Below, piece after piece: positions 1 to 9,308 of a stretch of 64,000 nucleotides of DNA (its first letter is position 1; every line of letters begins with the position of its first letter). The translations under genes were made by a program, and so were the position numbers. Source of the stretch: Alphaproteobacteria bacterium (GTDB lineage: Bacteria; Pseudomonadota; Alphaproteobacteria; MPNO01); assembly GCA_964291675.2 (NCBI GenBank), contig OZ219866.1, forward strand, positions 224,001-288,000, read 5' to 3'. The notes beneath the pieces were generated by a model. It made no database searches. It worked only from the letters and a program-made list of their open reading frames with translations, and was not told the origin of the DNA.

Positions 1-38
1 CTTAGTTGCGGCGTCAGCGTGTCTTCGATTGTCGCCAT
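1..38 (-). CDS. Possible 5' end of a gene running off the left edge (MATIEDTLTPQL...)
   Basis: ATG at 38 on the minus strand, open to the window edge, with purine-rich AGAGGCAGG upstream; too short to identify. Confidence 0.35.
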   Translation of the reverse strand, partial: MATIEDTLTPQL

Positions 39-184
39 GATTGCAGCCTGCCTCTGATGGCGACGTGTCCGCGGGACGGCCTGAAATTCGGCAGAGCCGT
101 CCCGCGGCACACCGTTCGCCGTCTTCCCAAAAGCCAAATGGAAGTGATCCCATGAGCCGCCTCCCACGGAAGCGACGCCATCCC

Positions 185-397
185 ATGCGGCACGTCCTGT
201 CGGCCGTTGTCGTCCTTGCGCTCGGCGCCACGCCAGCATTCGCCGGCGCTGCCACCGGAATTGCCGTCACGGCTGCCCTCGCCGCGCCAACGGCGGCGGC
301 GTGCGCGACCTTCGCCGCCAGCCCCACCGCGCTATCGGAGGCCATCTGCCTCGGACATTGGATCGCCATCGCCGTCAGCTGGCTGGCTCCGCTCTGA
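185..397 (+). CDS. Small (70 aa) hydrophobic exported peptide
   Basis: Internal ATG of ORF 41..397; signal-peptide-like MRHVLSAVVVLALGATPAFA followed by an Ala-rich 50-mer with 2 Cys. Confidence 0.55.
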   Translation: MRHVLSAVVVLALGATPAFAGAATGIAVTAALAAPTAAACATFAASPTALSEAICLGHWIAIAVSWLAPL

Positions 398-466
398 CCC
401 GCCGGGAGGCACGGCTGTGCGATCGATGCCCCGCGCCACGGCGGCGCTCGCCTCCGATTGTGCAGG

Positions 467-2137
467 CTATCCGAGCGCCCTGGAACATCGCACCCGGATC
501 TTCACCAGCGCGCCCCCGCCCTTCCACTTGGTCGACGTCGAAAGCTCGATCGAGCCGCCGCCGCCCCGGAGCCATTCGGCCGCCAACGCCAGGCCGATGC
601 CGATACCGGATGCGCCCGGCCGCGTATACATTAAGGCTCTGGCCCCCCACTTCAGCAGCAGCTCCCTTTTTTCACGATCCGGTGGGAACCCGGCGCCATC
701 GTCTTCGATGACAATTTCGACTTCTTCGCCGCAATCCTCGGCGGAAATCTCAATGTTCTTTTCCGCGTGTCTCGCCGCGTTGCGCAACAGGTTGACGACA
801 ATCGAGTAAAAGCCGAACTGCGTTGTCTTCGCGGACAGCTCCGGGACGCTCTCGGTCCATATCAGCTCTCTCGTGCAGGTTGTTTTCACCGCCACGATCG
901 CGTCACTCAAGGTGTCACCGATGTCTACGGGATCGCTGGCTTCCGAAAAGTCCCCGATCGACCACCGAATCAGCTGCTTGCTCACACCTTCCAAGCCCGT
1001 CCTTACGCCCTGGGTAGCGCTCGCCACGCCCTTGAGCTGCTCCGGCGATATGGCCTGCCCTTTCTCCGCCGCCGTCGCGATCGAGTTCACTAGCCCGTTG
1101 AGTTGCGCGAGCATCTCGTTCTCGTTGTGAGACATGCCCCTTCCCAGTTCTATCGCGCACGCCATCAAGCGCTCCCGGATTTTTCTGGCCGCCGCCTCCC
1201 TTTCGTCTGCCTCCCTTTCCTTGCTTGCGATCCGCACATCCGCGGCGGCGGCAATTCCCGCCAACTCGCCGGCGTATTCGCCATCGTCTATTGCAGTCAC
1301 GTCCCAATCGTTAAGCCGATCGCGCAACCGATTTGCCTGCCGTCCGAACCGTCCCGCCTTGCGGCCGATCAACCAGCCCAGCGCGAGAACAATACCGGTC
1401 GCGGTGACGAGCGCAATCAAGAACATGCCGTTCTGGACCGGGTCACCTCCCCAATACGGGACGCTCATTCCGGACACCAAAATTCTGATCCTGCCGTTGG
1501 TGCCATCGATTTCTAGGTCCCTGTAACTCTCGTATATGTCGACGCAGCCGACGTCGTCAACGCCCGGGCAGTGCCCATAGGAACGGCGATTGACGGATTT
1601 CCCCTCTTGCGTGCCCCAAATCGCCGCGGACATTCCCTTCGCGCCCTGACGGAAAGCGCCCCACACGTTTTCCAACGTGCCCGTGGTCGGCGGTCGAATC
1701 TGGCACAGATCGTCCTTCTTGTCCTTTCCGATGAGGTTCATATGCAGGTACTTTTCGTATTCTGGTATTCCGTCGACGTTTCGCGCCTTGTCGATGCAAA
1801 CGCTATAGATACATGCCACCGAAGCGCCAGGCCCACAGGGCGACGTTTCACCGACTCGCCCCTGCCTTATCATGCATTTCCTTTGTTCCCTCAAGTCGGT
1901 GCTTGCACAGGCCTCCGTTGAACCGGGTGGCGCCTTCATGCGTCCCTGCACTATCGCTTCCGTCGGCTCTATGACCTGGAGCATGTGGGTATACAGGTTG
2001 TTCTCGGCCTTCTTTTGCACCGAAAGGAGGTAGACCCCATAAAAAGCGAGCAAAAGAATGACCAGCAAATACGCGGCCGTCCGAAAAATGTCCTGCCGAA
2101 GCGAACGCGGTCGTCCGAAGGAGAGGAGCTTACTCAT
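467..2137 (-). CDS. Membrane sensor histidine kinase
   Basis: Two TM segments, H-box-like GMSHNE, N-box NLLRNAARHA, G1 IEDDGAGF, G2 GIGIGLAL; ATG 2137 overlaps the regulator stop (ATGAGTAA). Confidence 0.9.
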   Translation of the reverse strand: MSKLLSFGRPRSLRQDIFRTAAYLLVILLLAFYGVYLLSVQKKAENNLYTHMLQVIEPTEAIVQGRMKAPPGSTEACASTDLREQRKCMIRQGRVGETSPCGPGASVACIYSVCIDKARNVDGIPEYEKYLHMNLIGKDKKDDLCQIRPPTTGTLENVWGAFRQGAKGMSAAIWGTQEGKSVNRRSYGHCPGVDDVGCVDIYESYRDLEIDGTNGRIRILVSGMSVPYWGGDPVQNGMFLIALVTATGIVLALGWLIGRKAGRFGRQANRLRDRLNDWDVTAIDDGEYAGELAGIAAAADVRIASKEREADEREAAARKIRERLMACAIELGRGMSHNENEMLAQLNGLVNSIATAAEKGQAISPEQLKGVASATQGVRTGLEGVSKQLIRWSIGDFSEASDPVDIGDTLSDAIVAVKTTCTRELIWTESVPELSAKTTQFGFYSIVVNLLRNAARHAEKNIEISAEDCGEEVEIVIEDDGAGFPPDREKRELLLKWGARALMYTRPGASGIGIGLALAAEWLRGGGGSIELSTSTKWKGGGALVKIRVRCSRALG

Positions 2138-2864
2138 TTTCAAGATCGATGTAGTAGCCACGGTTGTTTCCCCGGATTTGTAAACCGGTTTGCTTGCGAA
2201 GGGTGGATAAGTACGAATGCAAAGTGTTCTCTCTGGTAATTCCGACCTGTCGCATCAACACCGCCGACGGGACGGGATATCTGCTCTCGATTAACGCACG
2301 CAAAATAGGAAGCAGATACGCGCGCAGTTCCACGCGTTTTTCAGAGACGTATATGTAGTCCGAGCCCAACCTGACGTTTCCCTTTGTGATTTCGTCGGGA
2401 TTCGGATCGGATAGTCTGCATTCCAGTTTTCTGATGATCTCGACGTGGTACAGGAGGGATTCGATCAGTCGGGGAAATTCCACGCGAAATAACTTGAAAC
2501 CTTCCGGCGTAGTTGGCTTGGCGAAAAAATTTATTGATCCCGCCGTATAACCCTTGATCCGAAATTCAGGTTGGCCATGGTAGGACAATATTACCACTAC
2601 GGTATACCTGTCCTGTTCTATGAAGTAATCGCCGGTCAGCGCCGTAGTGAGGTCGAGCCCGGTCTGCGGATTTCCTTCCGCTTTGAGATCCAGATCCATG
2701 ATTACTACATCATGATGGTATTGTTCGACCTTATCGCGGCACTCATTTGCGGATTGAGCCCAATCCACGTTGCAACGCACTTCTTCGTGCAGCAGCCTCG
2801 ATACTCGGTCGTACCATTCGCGTTCGTCGTCCACGAGGAGTACGCGGGATCCGCTCGTTTTCAT
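2130..2864 (-). CDS. Response regulator (REC + OmpR-like winged helix)
   Basis: VLLVDDE, VVIMDLDL, FAKP; C-terminal ENTLHSYLSTLRK...RGYY. Confidence 0.9.
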   Translation of the reverse strand: MKTSGSRVLLVDDEREWYDRVSRLLHEEVRCNVDWAQSANECRDKVEQYHHDVVIMDLDLKAEGNPQTGLDLTTALTGDYFIEQDRYTVVVILSYHGQPEFRIKGYTAGSINFFAKPTTPEGFKLFRVEFPRLIESLLYHVEIIRKLECRLSDPNPDEITKGNVRLGSDYIYVSEKRVELRAYLLPILRALIESRYPVPSAVLMRQVGITRENTLHSYLSTLRKQTGLQIRGNNRGYYIDLENE

Positions 2865-2887
2865 GTTCCGTTCCGATCGCGAGGCTC

Positions 2888-3145
2888 TCAGCAGGACCAC
2901 GGGACGAAGATGTCCCTGACCCTGCGCCACGGGTCCAGAATCCTGACCCAAAACCCGTTTTGAGCTGGAAATACCGCCAGTACGCGACCGAACCGGCTCG
3001 CTTCCCGAGCGGCTTGCTCGACGCTACAGGCGGCCCAGCCCGGATTCGGGTCGATCATGACGAGAGCGCATAGGATCAAGGCGGCGCGCAGGAAACGGCC
3101 GGCCGACCGTTTGTCGAGGGCCAAGCGTCTGGATGTTTCAGGCAT
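2888..3145 (-). CDS. Small secreted PepSY-like protein
   Basis: Signal peptide (..PGWA) then SVEQAAREASRFGRVLAV...WVRILD; PepSY-RR-HK is a familiar gene order. Confidence 0.65.
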   Translation of the reverse strand: MPETSRRLALDKRSAGRFLRAALILCALVMIDPNPGWAACSVEQAAREASRFGRVLAVFPAQNGFWVRILDPWRRVRDIFVPWSC

Positions 3146-3788
3146 CGGTCTGGTCCAGCGTTCGTACGACATCGAACAATTATTGTAGGCCAAAGTTCTA
3201 AATCGCGACAGGGTTGTGTCCACAGCGATTTAGCGGGGTAACCGAAATTGCTCGATATTGGGGCAGACAGAGACCGTGATTCTACGGAAAGTATGTATTG
3301 GCCGGCCGACCTCGCCGATTCCGGCTCGCGCGCCGCGCCACTCCGCTCGACTTGGCGGCGTGGGCCCCGGGAATGTTGGCCCCGGACGGAGCGAAGCGGA
3401 GCGGGAAAATCTCACGCCCAGGAGAGGGAGAATTCCGGGACTCTTGTCGCCAACGTGACGGACGATGGGCTGGCGTGGATCGACCACTGAGAGCCGGCCC
3501 GCCGCGCCGGGCGCATACCTGCCCCGTACCCCTCGCGACATGGTCGGCGAATACCGACCATGACGCGAGCGACCGATCCCGTTCGAACCGGATACGCTAC
3601 GGAGCGTCCGGGAACGCTTGCCGACTTCCTTTCCGGCCCTCTATCCGCTCACGGACCGGGTTCGAGCGTCGGTACAGGACTGGTTTCGGGCACGTCCGCG
3701 GATTTCCGCCCGAGCCCGCCCATTTGGATGGGGACCCGACCCGCGGCGCCCGGTACAAGGGGTTTCGCCAGCAACACGGGGTCCCCGC

Positions 3789-4517
3789 ATGCCGAACCGA
3801 ACCATCGCCGCCCTTGCCGCCTGCGCCGCTCTCCTGTCGGTCGCCGCAATCCCGCCCGGCGCCGCCAAGGCCGAGGAGCGCGCCATCTACGCGGCCGCCC
3901 ACGGCAGCACGCTCGGCGCCGGGCTCATGCTGGGATACGACATCTCGCCCGCCTTCTCGGCCCGCGCCGCGGCCAGCTACTTCGCTTTCGGCACGGACGA
4001 ATCCAGCGCCGGCAACGATTATTCGATCGACCTGCAGCTGCTCTCCCTCGGCCTGCTGGGCGACTGGCATCCGTTCGAGAACGGCTTCCGGGTCACCGCC
4101 GGCGGGCTGTTCAACGGCAACAAGATGACGCTCGCCTCCAGCGCCGAGGACATCGAGCTCGGCGGCGGCAGCTATCGCGGCAGCATGGAGGCGGAGCTCG
4201 GCTTCAACGCGATCGCGCCCTATGTCGGGATCGGCTGGACCGGCGGGCGGGCGGACCGGCGCGGCTTCTCCTTCTTCGCCGATGCCGGGGTGATCTTCCA
4301 GGGCTCGCCGAAAATTTCCGCCTCGGGCCGGGTGGAGGGGGCGGGCAACGCGTGCGGCTTCAGCCTGTCCGAGAGCGGCCGGGCGACGGTCGGGGCGGGG
4401 TGCGGGCTCGCGGATCTGCGCGCCGACCTGGAGAGCGAGCACGCCGAGCTCGACGACGAGCTGAGCGCGTTCAACCTCTACCCGGTGCTGATGCTGGGCG
4501 TCGCCTACCGGTTCTGA
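3789..4517 (+). CDS. Outer-membrane beta-barrel protein
   Basis: Signal peptide, GSTLGAG, DWHPF..GFR, APYVGIGW, C-terminal GVAYRF. Confidence 0.8.
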   Translation: MPNRTIAALAACAALLSVAAIPPGAAKAEERAIYAAAHGSTLGAGLMLGYDISPAFSARAAASYFAFGTDESSAGNDYSIDLQLLSLGLLGDWHPFENGFRVTAGGLFNGNKMTLASSAEDIELGGGSYRGSMEAELGFNAIAPYVGIGWTGGRADRRGFSFFADAGVIFQGSPKISASGRVEGAGNACGFSLSESGRATVGAGCGLADLRADLESEHAELDDELSAFNLYPVLMLGVAYRF

Positions 4518-4563
4518 GCGCGCCGGCGGCGGGCCGGGCGACGCCCGCGCCCTGCCGCCCTCC

Positions 4564-4678
4564 TTGTCACCCCGGTCTCGATCCGGGGCCCAGGGCCACG
4601 CGTTCGGACGTTGGAACGGTTGCACTGGACCCCGGAACAAGCCCCGGACTGTGATCCGGGGCAAGCCCGGGGCGACAG
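4564..4678. repeat. Degenerate REP-A-like palindrome pair between convergent genes
   Basis: TGTCACCCCGGTCTCGATCCGGGGCCCAG ... CTGGACCCCGG...GGGGCGACA. Confidence 0.6.
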
Positions 4679-4694
4679 CGGGTGGACGCCCGGG

Positions 4695-5843
4695 CTACGC
4701 GTCCCCGCCGTCCGGCGGCAGCCGGAGCAGCAGCCGGACCAGATCGGCCTGCCGCGCCGCGCCGGTCTTGGACAGCACGTTCTTCAGCGTCCAGCGGATT
4801 GTGTTCTCCGAGCGGTCGAGCTCGCGCGCGATGTCGCGCACGGTTCTGCCCTGCCCGAGCAGCACGGCGACGCGGCTCTCGGCGGCGGTCAGCCCGAGCA
4901 TGTCGCCGACCGCCTCCGCATCGAGCCGGCCCGCGTCCGGATCGCGGATGAGAACCGCCACCGCGATCCGTTCCACGCCGAAATCGGCGCGCCGCGGCGC
5001 GACGGGATGCACGTGGACGATCAGCGGCAGGCCGGCCGGACGCCGCACCGGCACGGACCCGCGGGCCGGCATGTGCCCCAAGCGCGGCAGAGCCCCGGAG
5101 ACCAGCCTCCGGAGCTTCGCGTCGTCGCCCGGATGGCCGGCCCGCAGGCCGCCACGCCAATCGTGGATGCCGTCCCTTGCGGCCAGCATCCGCCGCGCGG
5201 TCCGGTTGGCGGACGCGATGGCGCCGCGGCGGTCCAGAAACACCGCGCCGAGCGATTCGTGCTCCAGCAACGCGGTCGCCTCGGCGTGGGCATGCGCCTC
5301 CGCCGCCACCAGCTCGTGGCGCAGGCGGACCGCCTGGCGGATGTGGGGAAGCAGACCCCGGATCCGCTTGAGCCTGTCCGGCCCCCACTCCGACTCGCCG
5401 TTCGCCATGGTCCAGAATACGCAGCCGTCGTCGGGACGCTCGTCCGATTGCCGGTCCACGACCACCGCCATCTGGTCCTGACAGTCGTATTTCGGCTGGA
5501 ACTCGTTGTACATCGGAGAGCTCCGCTTCTCCGCCGGGGTGAACAGCTCCTCGTTGTGGGTCAGCCGCCAGGCCGGCAGCCTGCCGATCCTGGGCACGTT
5601 CTCGCTGAACCTCGCGTAGTTCGCGACCCAGTCGGCGACGATCTCCTGATGCGGGTCGCCGTCGATCCAGCATGCCGCGAAAACGATCCCGGCGTCCCCG
5701 TCGCCGTTCGCCGCGAGCCCCGTGAACTGGCCGCCGTTGAGACCGCAAAGCCGGTCGATCGCCCGAAAGGCGTCGCCCCAGCGCGCATCGTCGAACGCGG
5801 CGTCCAGAAGCGTTTCGACCGTGGATTCGAAGAGATCGTCCAT
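4695..5843 (-). CDS. LuxR-type HTH regulator with GAF/PAS-like N-terminus
   Basis: C-terminal GLTAAESRVAVLLGQGRTVRDIARELDRSENTIRWTLKNVLSKTG; likely start MDDLFE. Confidence 0.85.
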   Translation of the reverse strand: MDDLFESTVETLLDAAFDDARWGDAFRAIDRLCGLNGGQFTGLAANGDGDAGIVFAACWIDGDPHQEIVADWVANYARFSENVPRIGRLPAWRLTHNEELFTPAEKRSSPMYNEFQPKYDCQDQMAVVVDRQSDERPDDGCVFWTMANGESEWGPDRLKRIRGLLPHIRQAVRLRHELVAAEAHAHAEATALLEHESLGAVFLDRRGAIASANRTARRMLAARDGIHDWRGGLRAGHPGDDAKLRRLVSGALPRLGHMPARGSVPVRRPAGLPLIVHVHPVAPRRADFGVERIAVAVLIRDPDAGRLDAEAVGDMLGLTAAESRVAVLLGQGRTVRDIARELDRSENTIRWTLKNVLSKTGAARQADLVRLLLRLPPDGGDA

Positions 5844-6305
5844 GCGGTTGGCTGCCAGCTGTCCCGCCAGCCGTGGGAGACGTTGCGGCCCGCGGGCGAC
5901 CGGGGCACTGTATTCGCGGCCCGCCCTGTTCCGCGCCCCCCAAATTGCGGGGTTAAAGGCGAAAGTCGGGGAATCCGGGACCGATACCGGGAGCGCCGCC
6001 CGGCACGCCGCACACACGCCCGCCTGCGTCATGGCCGGCCGCCGGAACGAGTCCGGGGGGGTCCGGCCACCCATGCGGTCCCACCGGCTCGGCATGGGAG
6101 CCTGTGGGTGCCCGGAACAAGCTCCGCACTGCGATCCGGGACAAGGCCGGCAGATGCCGGCGCGCGGCCCACCCATCTGGGTGGCGACGGGGTCCGTTCC
6201 ACGCTGCAACCTGCCCGCCATGCAGGACGAGTTTCACCGATGGCGCGGGGTCCGGCGCTCTTCCGAAGCCGCCGGATCGACGCCCAGGCGAGACTGGAGA
6301 CAGAC

Positions 6306-7355
6306 ATGACCGCACGCAGCCTCACTGCCATCGCCGCCCTTCTGTTGCTCGCCGCCTGTGGCGGGGGTGGCGGCGGCGACGGCGGCGGTCCCGGTGCCTC
6401 CCTGCCGGCGACCCCGTCGGAGCCGCCGTTCGGCGCGACCGTTCCCGCCGATGCGGACGCGGTGCTGGAGTCCGTCGGACCGTCGCTCTACGCCCTGCTG
6501 CCCGCCTCCAAGATCTGGTTCGGCAGCGCCGCCCTGTCGGCCGGGCCCGATGTCACGGATCTGGGCCTGACCTTCGACGGCAGCCGCGCCACCGTCACCG
6601 TCGACCGCGGCGGCGCGGGCACTGTGGTTCTCGACACCGACGACACCTACCGGGACGACGGGCTCACGTCCTCGGTGTTCTACGGCGACACCGGGTCGGG
6701 GCGGTCGTCGCGCGACCGGTACGTCTATTCCCGCACCGGCAACAGCGTGACCACCGGCCGCCTCGTCGTCGACTGGTCCGACAGCGATCCGGGCGATTAC
6801 ATCGCCGGCGGGTACTGGCTGCACGCCGGGCCGGGCTCGGCCGACTGGGAGGCGGGCGCCTATGTGGTCGGCCCGGAGTTGAGCCTCGGCGACCCACCCC
6901 GCCTGCCGGTCTCGGGCAGCGCCGTCTACGAAGGCGACGCCGGGGGCGTCTTTACGCTCCAGGGCGCGTTCGCCGAACAGCGCCGCGATGCGGGGCTGGC
7001 GGTGGAAGGCGATTTCACGTGGGAGGCCCGGCTGGTCGCCGATTTCGCGGCCGGCACCGTCGGGGGCTGCATCGGATGCGCCTACGGGCTGCTGGGCGGC
7101 GCCGGCCGGCTGGAGCTCGGGACCGTGTCCTTCGACCGCGCCAACGGCACGTTCCGCGGGACTGAGGTGACCCTGTCGACCGCCGTCGTGTCGACAACCG
7201 GGTCGAGCGGCAAGTGGGCCGGCCAGTTCTCCAACATCCCCGACGGCTCGGGCGCGCCGCGCCTGGCGGCCGGGACGTTCGATGCCCGGGCGTCGGCCAG
7301 CGACGGCAGCACCGTCGCCCTGGTCGGCGCCTTCGGAGCCGGGCGCACGCGCTGA
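6306..7355 (+). CDS. Surface lipoprotein with TbpB-like C-terminal barrel
   Basis: Lipobox LAAC + poly-Gly linker; LPVSGSAVYEGDAGG, ADFAAGTVGG, GKWAGQF, terminal GAFGA. Confidence 0.8.
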   Translation: MTARSLTAIAALLLLAACGGGGGGDGGGPGASLPATPSEPPFGATVPADADAVLESVGPSLYALLPASKIWFGSAALSAGPDVTDLGLTFDGSRATVTVDRGGAGTVVLDTDDTYRDDGLTSSVFYGDTGSGRSSRDRYVYSRTGNSVTTGRLVVDWSDSDPGDYIAGGYWLHAGPGSADWEAGAYVVGPELSLGDPPRLPVSGSAVYEGDAGGVFTLQGAFAEQRRDAGLAVEGDFTWEARLVADFAAGTVGGCIGCAYGLLGGAGRLELGTVSFDRANGTFRGTEVTLSTAVVSTTGSSGKWAGQFSNIPDGSGAPRLAAGTFDARASASDGSTVALVGAFGAGRTR

Positions 7356-7444
7356 TGCGCCCGGCGCCCGGGGGCCCCCGGATCGCGTCCGGCCATGACG
7401 GGTTGGTGGTGGCGGTGGCGGAGCAGGGAGAGCCGGGTGCACGC

Positions 7445-7472
7445 ACCGCCGCGCGCTTCGGCGGTTTTCTTT
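7445..7472 (+). terminator. Rho-independent terminator
   Basis: ACCGCCG-loop-CGGCGGT followed by TTTCTTT. Confidence 0.55.
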
Positions 7473-7553
7473 GCCTTCCCATAGGAAAACGCGATTCGCG
7501 CGCGAACCTCTCCGTCGGCAAATTAGCGTCGTGCCCCCGCGGAGGAGGATGGC

Positions 7554-8582
7554 ATGCGGTTCAGGCGGATCGCCGGCGCGCTCGCGCTCACCGCCGCGCT
7601 GGCGGTCGCGGACGGGGTCCCGGGCGGGGCGGCGACGCTCGACAAGGTGCGCGCCGCCGACCGGCTCAGATGCGGCATCAACCCGGGCCTGCCCGGCTTC
7701 TCCGAGACCGACGACAAAGGTCGGTGGACCGGCTTCGAGGCGGCCTATTGCCGGGCGCTGGCGGCCGCCGTACTGGGCGACCCGGACAAGGTCTCCTACG
7801 TCACCCTGACCGGCAAGACGCGCTTCCCGGCGCTCGCCTCGGGCGAGGTCGACGTGCTCGCGCGCAACACCACCTGGACCTTCTCGCGCGACGTCGATCT
7901 CGGCTTCACCTTCGTCGGCATCAACTACTATGACGGCCAGGGATTTCTGGGCCGCAAGGCGCTCGGCGTCGACAGCGCGACCGAGCTCGACGGCGCCTCG
8001 ATCTGCATCCAGACCGGCACCACGACCGAGCTCAACCTGGCCGATTTCTTCCGCCTCAACGGCATCTCCTACGAGCCGGTGCCGCTGGAGACCAACGCCG
8101 AGGCCCGCGCCGCCTACCGGGCGGAGCGCTGCGACGTCTACACCACCGACGTCTCGGGGCTGGCGGGGACCAAGTCGACCTTCGACGACCCCGATGCGCA
8201 TGCGATCTACCCGGAGATCATCTCCAAGGAGCCGCTGGGCCCGCTGGTGCGCCACGGCGACGACCGCTGGGCGGACATCGCGCGCTGGGTGCTGAACGCG
8301 CTGATCGCGGCCGAGGAGCTCGGCGTGACCAGGGCGAACGTGGCCGAGCTGGCCCGGGGCGCCGGCCGCCCGGAGATCGACCGCATGCTGGGGACGCAGG
8401 GCGCGTTCGGCGAGATGCTGGGCCTCGATCCCCGCTGGGCGGTGCGCGCCATCGCGGCGGAGGGCAACTACGCCGAGATCTTCGAAAGATATCTTGGCGC
8501 CGGCAGCGCGCTCGGCCTGCCGCGCGGGCTGAGCGCGCTCCATTCCGACGGCGGCATCCTCTACGCGCCGCCGTTTCGCTGA
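7554..8582 (+). CDS. aapJ: General amino-acid ABC transporter substrate-binding protein (AapJ/BztA-like)
   Basis: LARNTTWTFSRD, NYYDGQGF, GTTTELN, ISKEPLGP, GNYAEIFER, YAPPFR. Confidence 0.9.
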   Translation: MRFRRIAGALALTAALAVADGVPGGAATLDKVRAADRLRCGINPGLPGFSETDDKGRWTGFEAAYCRALAAAVLGDPDKVSYVTLTGKTRFPALASGEVDVLARNTTWTFSRDVDLGFTFVGINYYDGQGFLGRKALGVDSATELDGASICIQTGTTTELNLADFFRLNGISYEPVPLETNAEARAAYRAERCDVYTTDVSGLAGTKSTFDDPDAHAIYPEIISKEPLGPLVRHGDDRWADIARWVLNALIAAEELGVTRANVAELARGAGRPEIDRMLGTQGAFGEMLGLDPRWAVRAIAAEGNYAEIFERYLGAGSALGLPRGLSALHSDGGILYAPPFR

Positions 8583-8601
8583 GAGCGGCGTAGGGCAGGC
8601 G

Positions 8602-9194
8602 GAGCGGGGGCCGGGCGTCACGGGGGGCGGCGCGCCCGCCGGCGATCCCCGGCGTCGCGCCCGAACGCCCGCACGCTCGCCATGCCTCCCCACCTCGTCA
8701 TGCTCCCCCCTCGTCATGCCCGGACTTGATCCGGGCACCCATGCGGCCTATCGGCGCGCACGGCGGGCCGTGGGGAGGGGGGGCGGCGCCGGTGGGTGGC
8801 CGGATCAAGTCCGGCCATGGGTGCCCGGATCAAGTCCGGGCATGACGGGGGTTAGTGGAGTCGGTGGCGTAACGGGGAGAAGGAGCGGGGGCCGGGCGCC
8901 ACGGGGGGCGGCGCGGTGGAACCTGCGGCGCGCCCACCGGCGACCCCCGGCGTCGTGCCCGAGCGCCCGAACGCTCCCCATGCTTCCATGCTGCCCCACC
9001 TCGTCACGCTCCCCCCGTCATGCACCCCCCTCGTCATGCCCGGACTCGATCCGGGCACCCATGCGGCCTCTCGGCGCGCCCGCCGGGCCGTGGGGAGGGG
9101 TGGCGGCGCCGGTGGGTGGCCGGATCAAGTCCGGCCATGGGTGGCCGGAACAAGTCCGGCCATGGGTGGCCGGAACAAGTCCAACCATGACGGG
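8602..9194 (+). repeat. Mosaic REP-A tandem array, two ~280-310 bp units
   Basis: Units start GGAGCGGGGGCCGGGCG at ~8602 and ~8882; each has GTCATGCCCGGACT(T/C)GATCCGGGCACCCA and 25-nt GGGTGGCCGGATCAAGTCCGGCCAT copies. Confidence 0.9.
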
Positions 9195-9211
9195 AAGGGG
9201 CAGGCGGGGCG

Positions 9212-9270
9212 GCTACTCGGGACGAGAGTCTTTTCTCATCCCGAGTAGCGGCGCAGCCGCGTATCGAGGG
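9212..9270. repeat. REP-B palindrome
   Basis: CTCATCCCGAGTAGCGGCGCAGCCGCGTATCGAGGG. Confidence 0.75.
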
Positions 9271-9308
9271 GCGCGCCGGCGCCGGATCGGAGCTCCGGCT
9301 TGCGGCCC

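Noticed and set aside
3230-3788. Possible ncRNA or small ORF in the long divergent intergenic region
   Set aside because: No recognisable riboswitch or ncRNA motif and no convincing ORF; an Rfam search would be needed
4611-6305. N-terminal part of the 914-aa ORF
   Set aside because: Antisense shadow of the LuxR gene; the lipoprotein begins at 6306 with an RBS and lipobox
9113-9190. 25-nt tandem palindromic repeats as a mini-CRISPR
   Set aside because: Head-to-tail REP-A arms with no unique spacers
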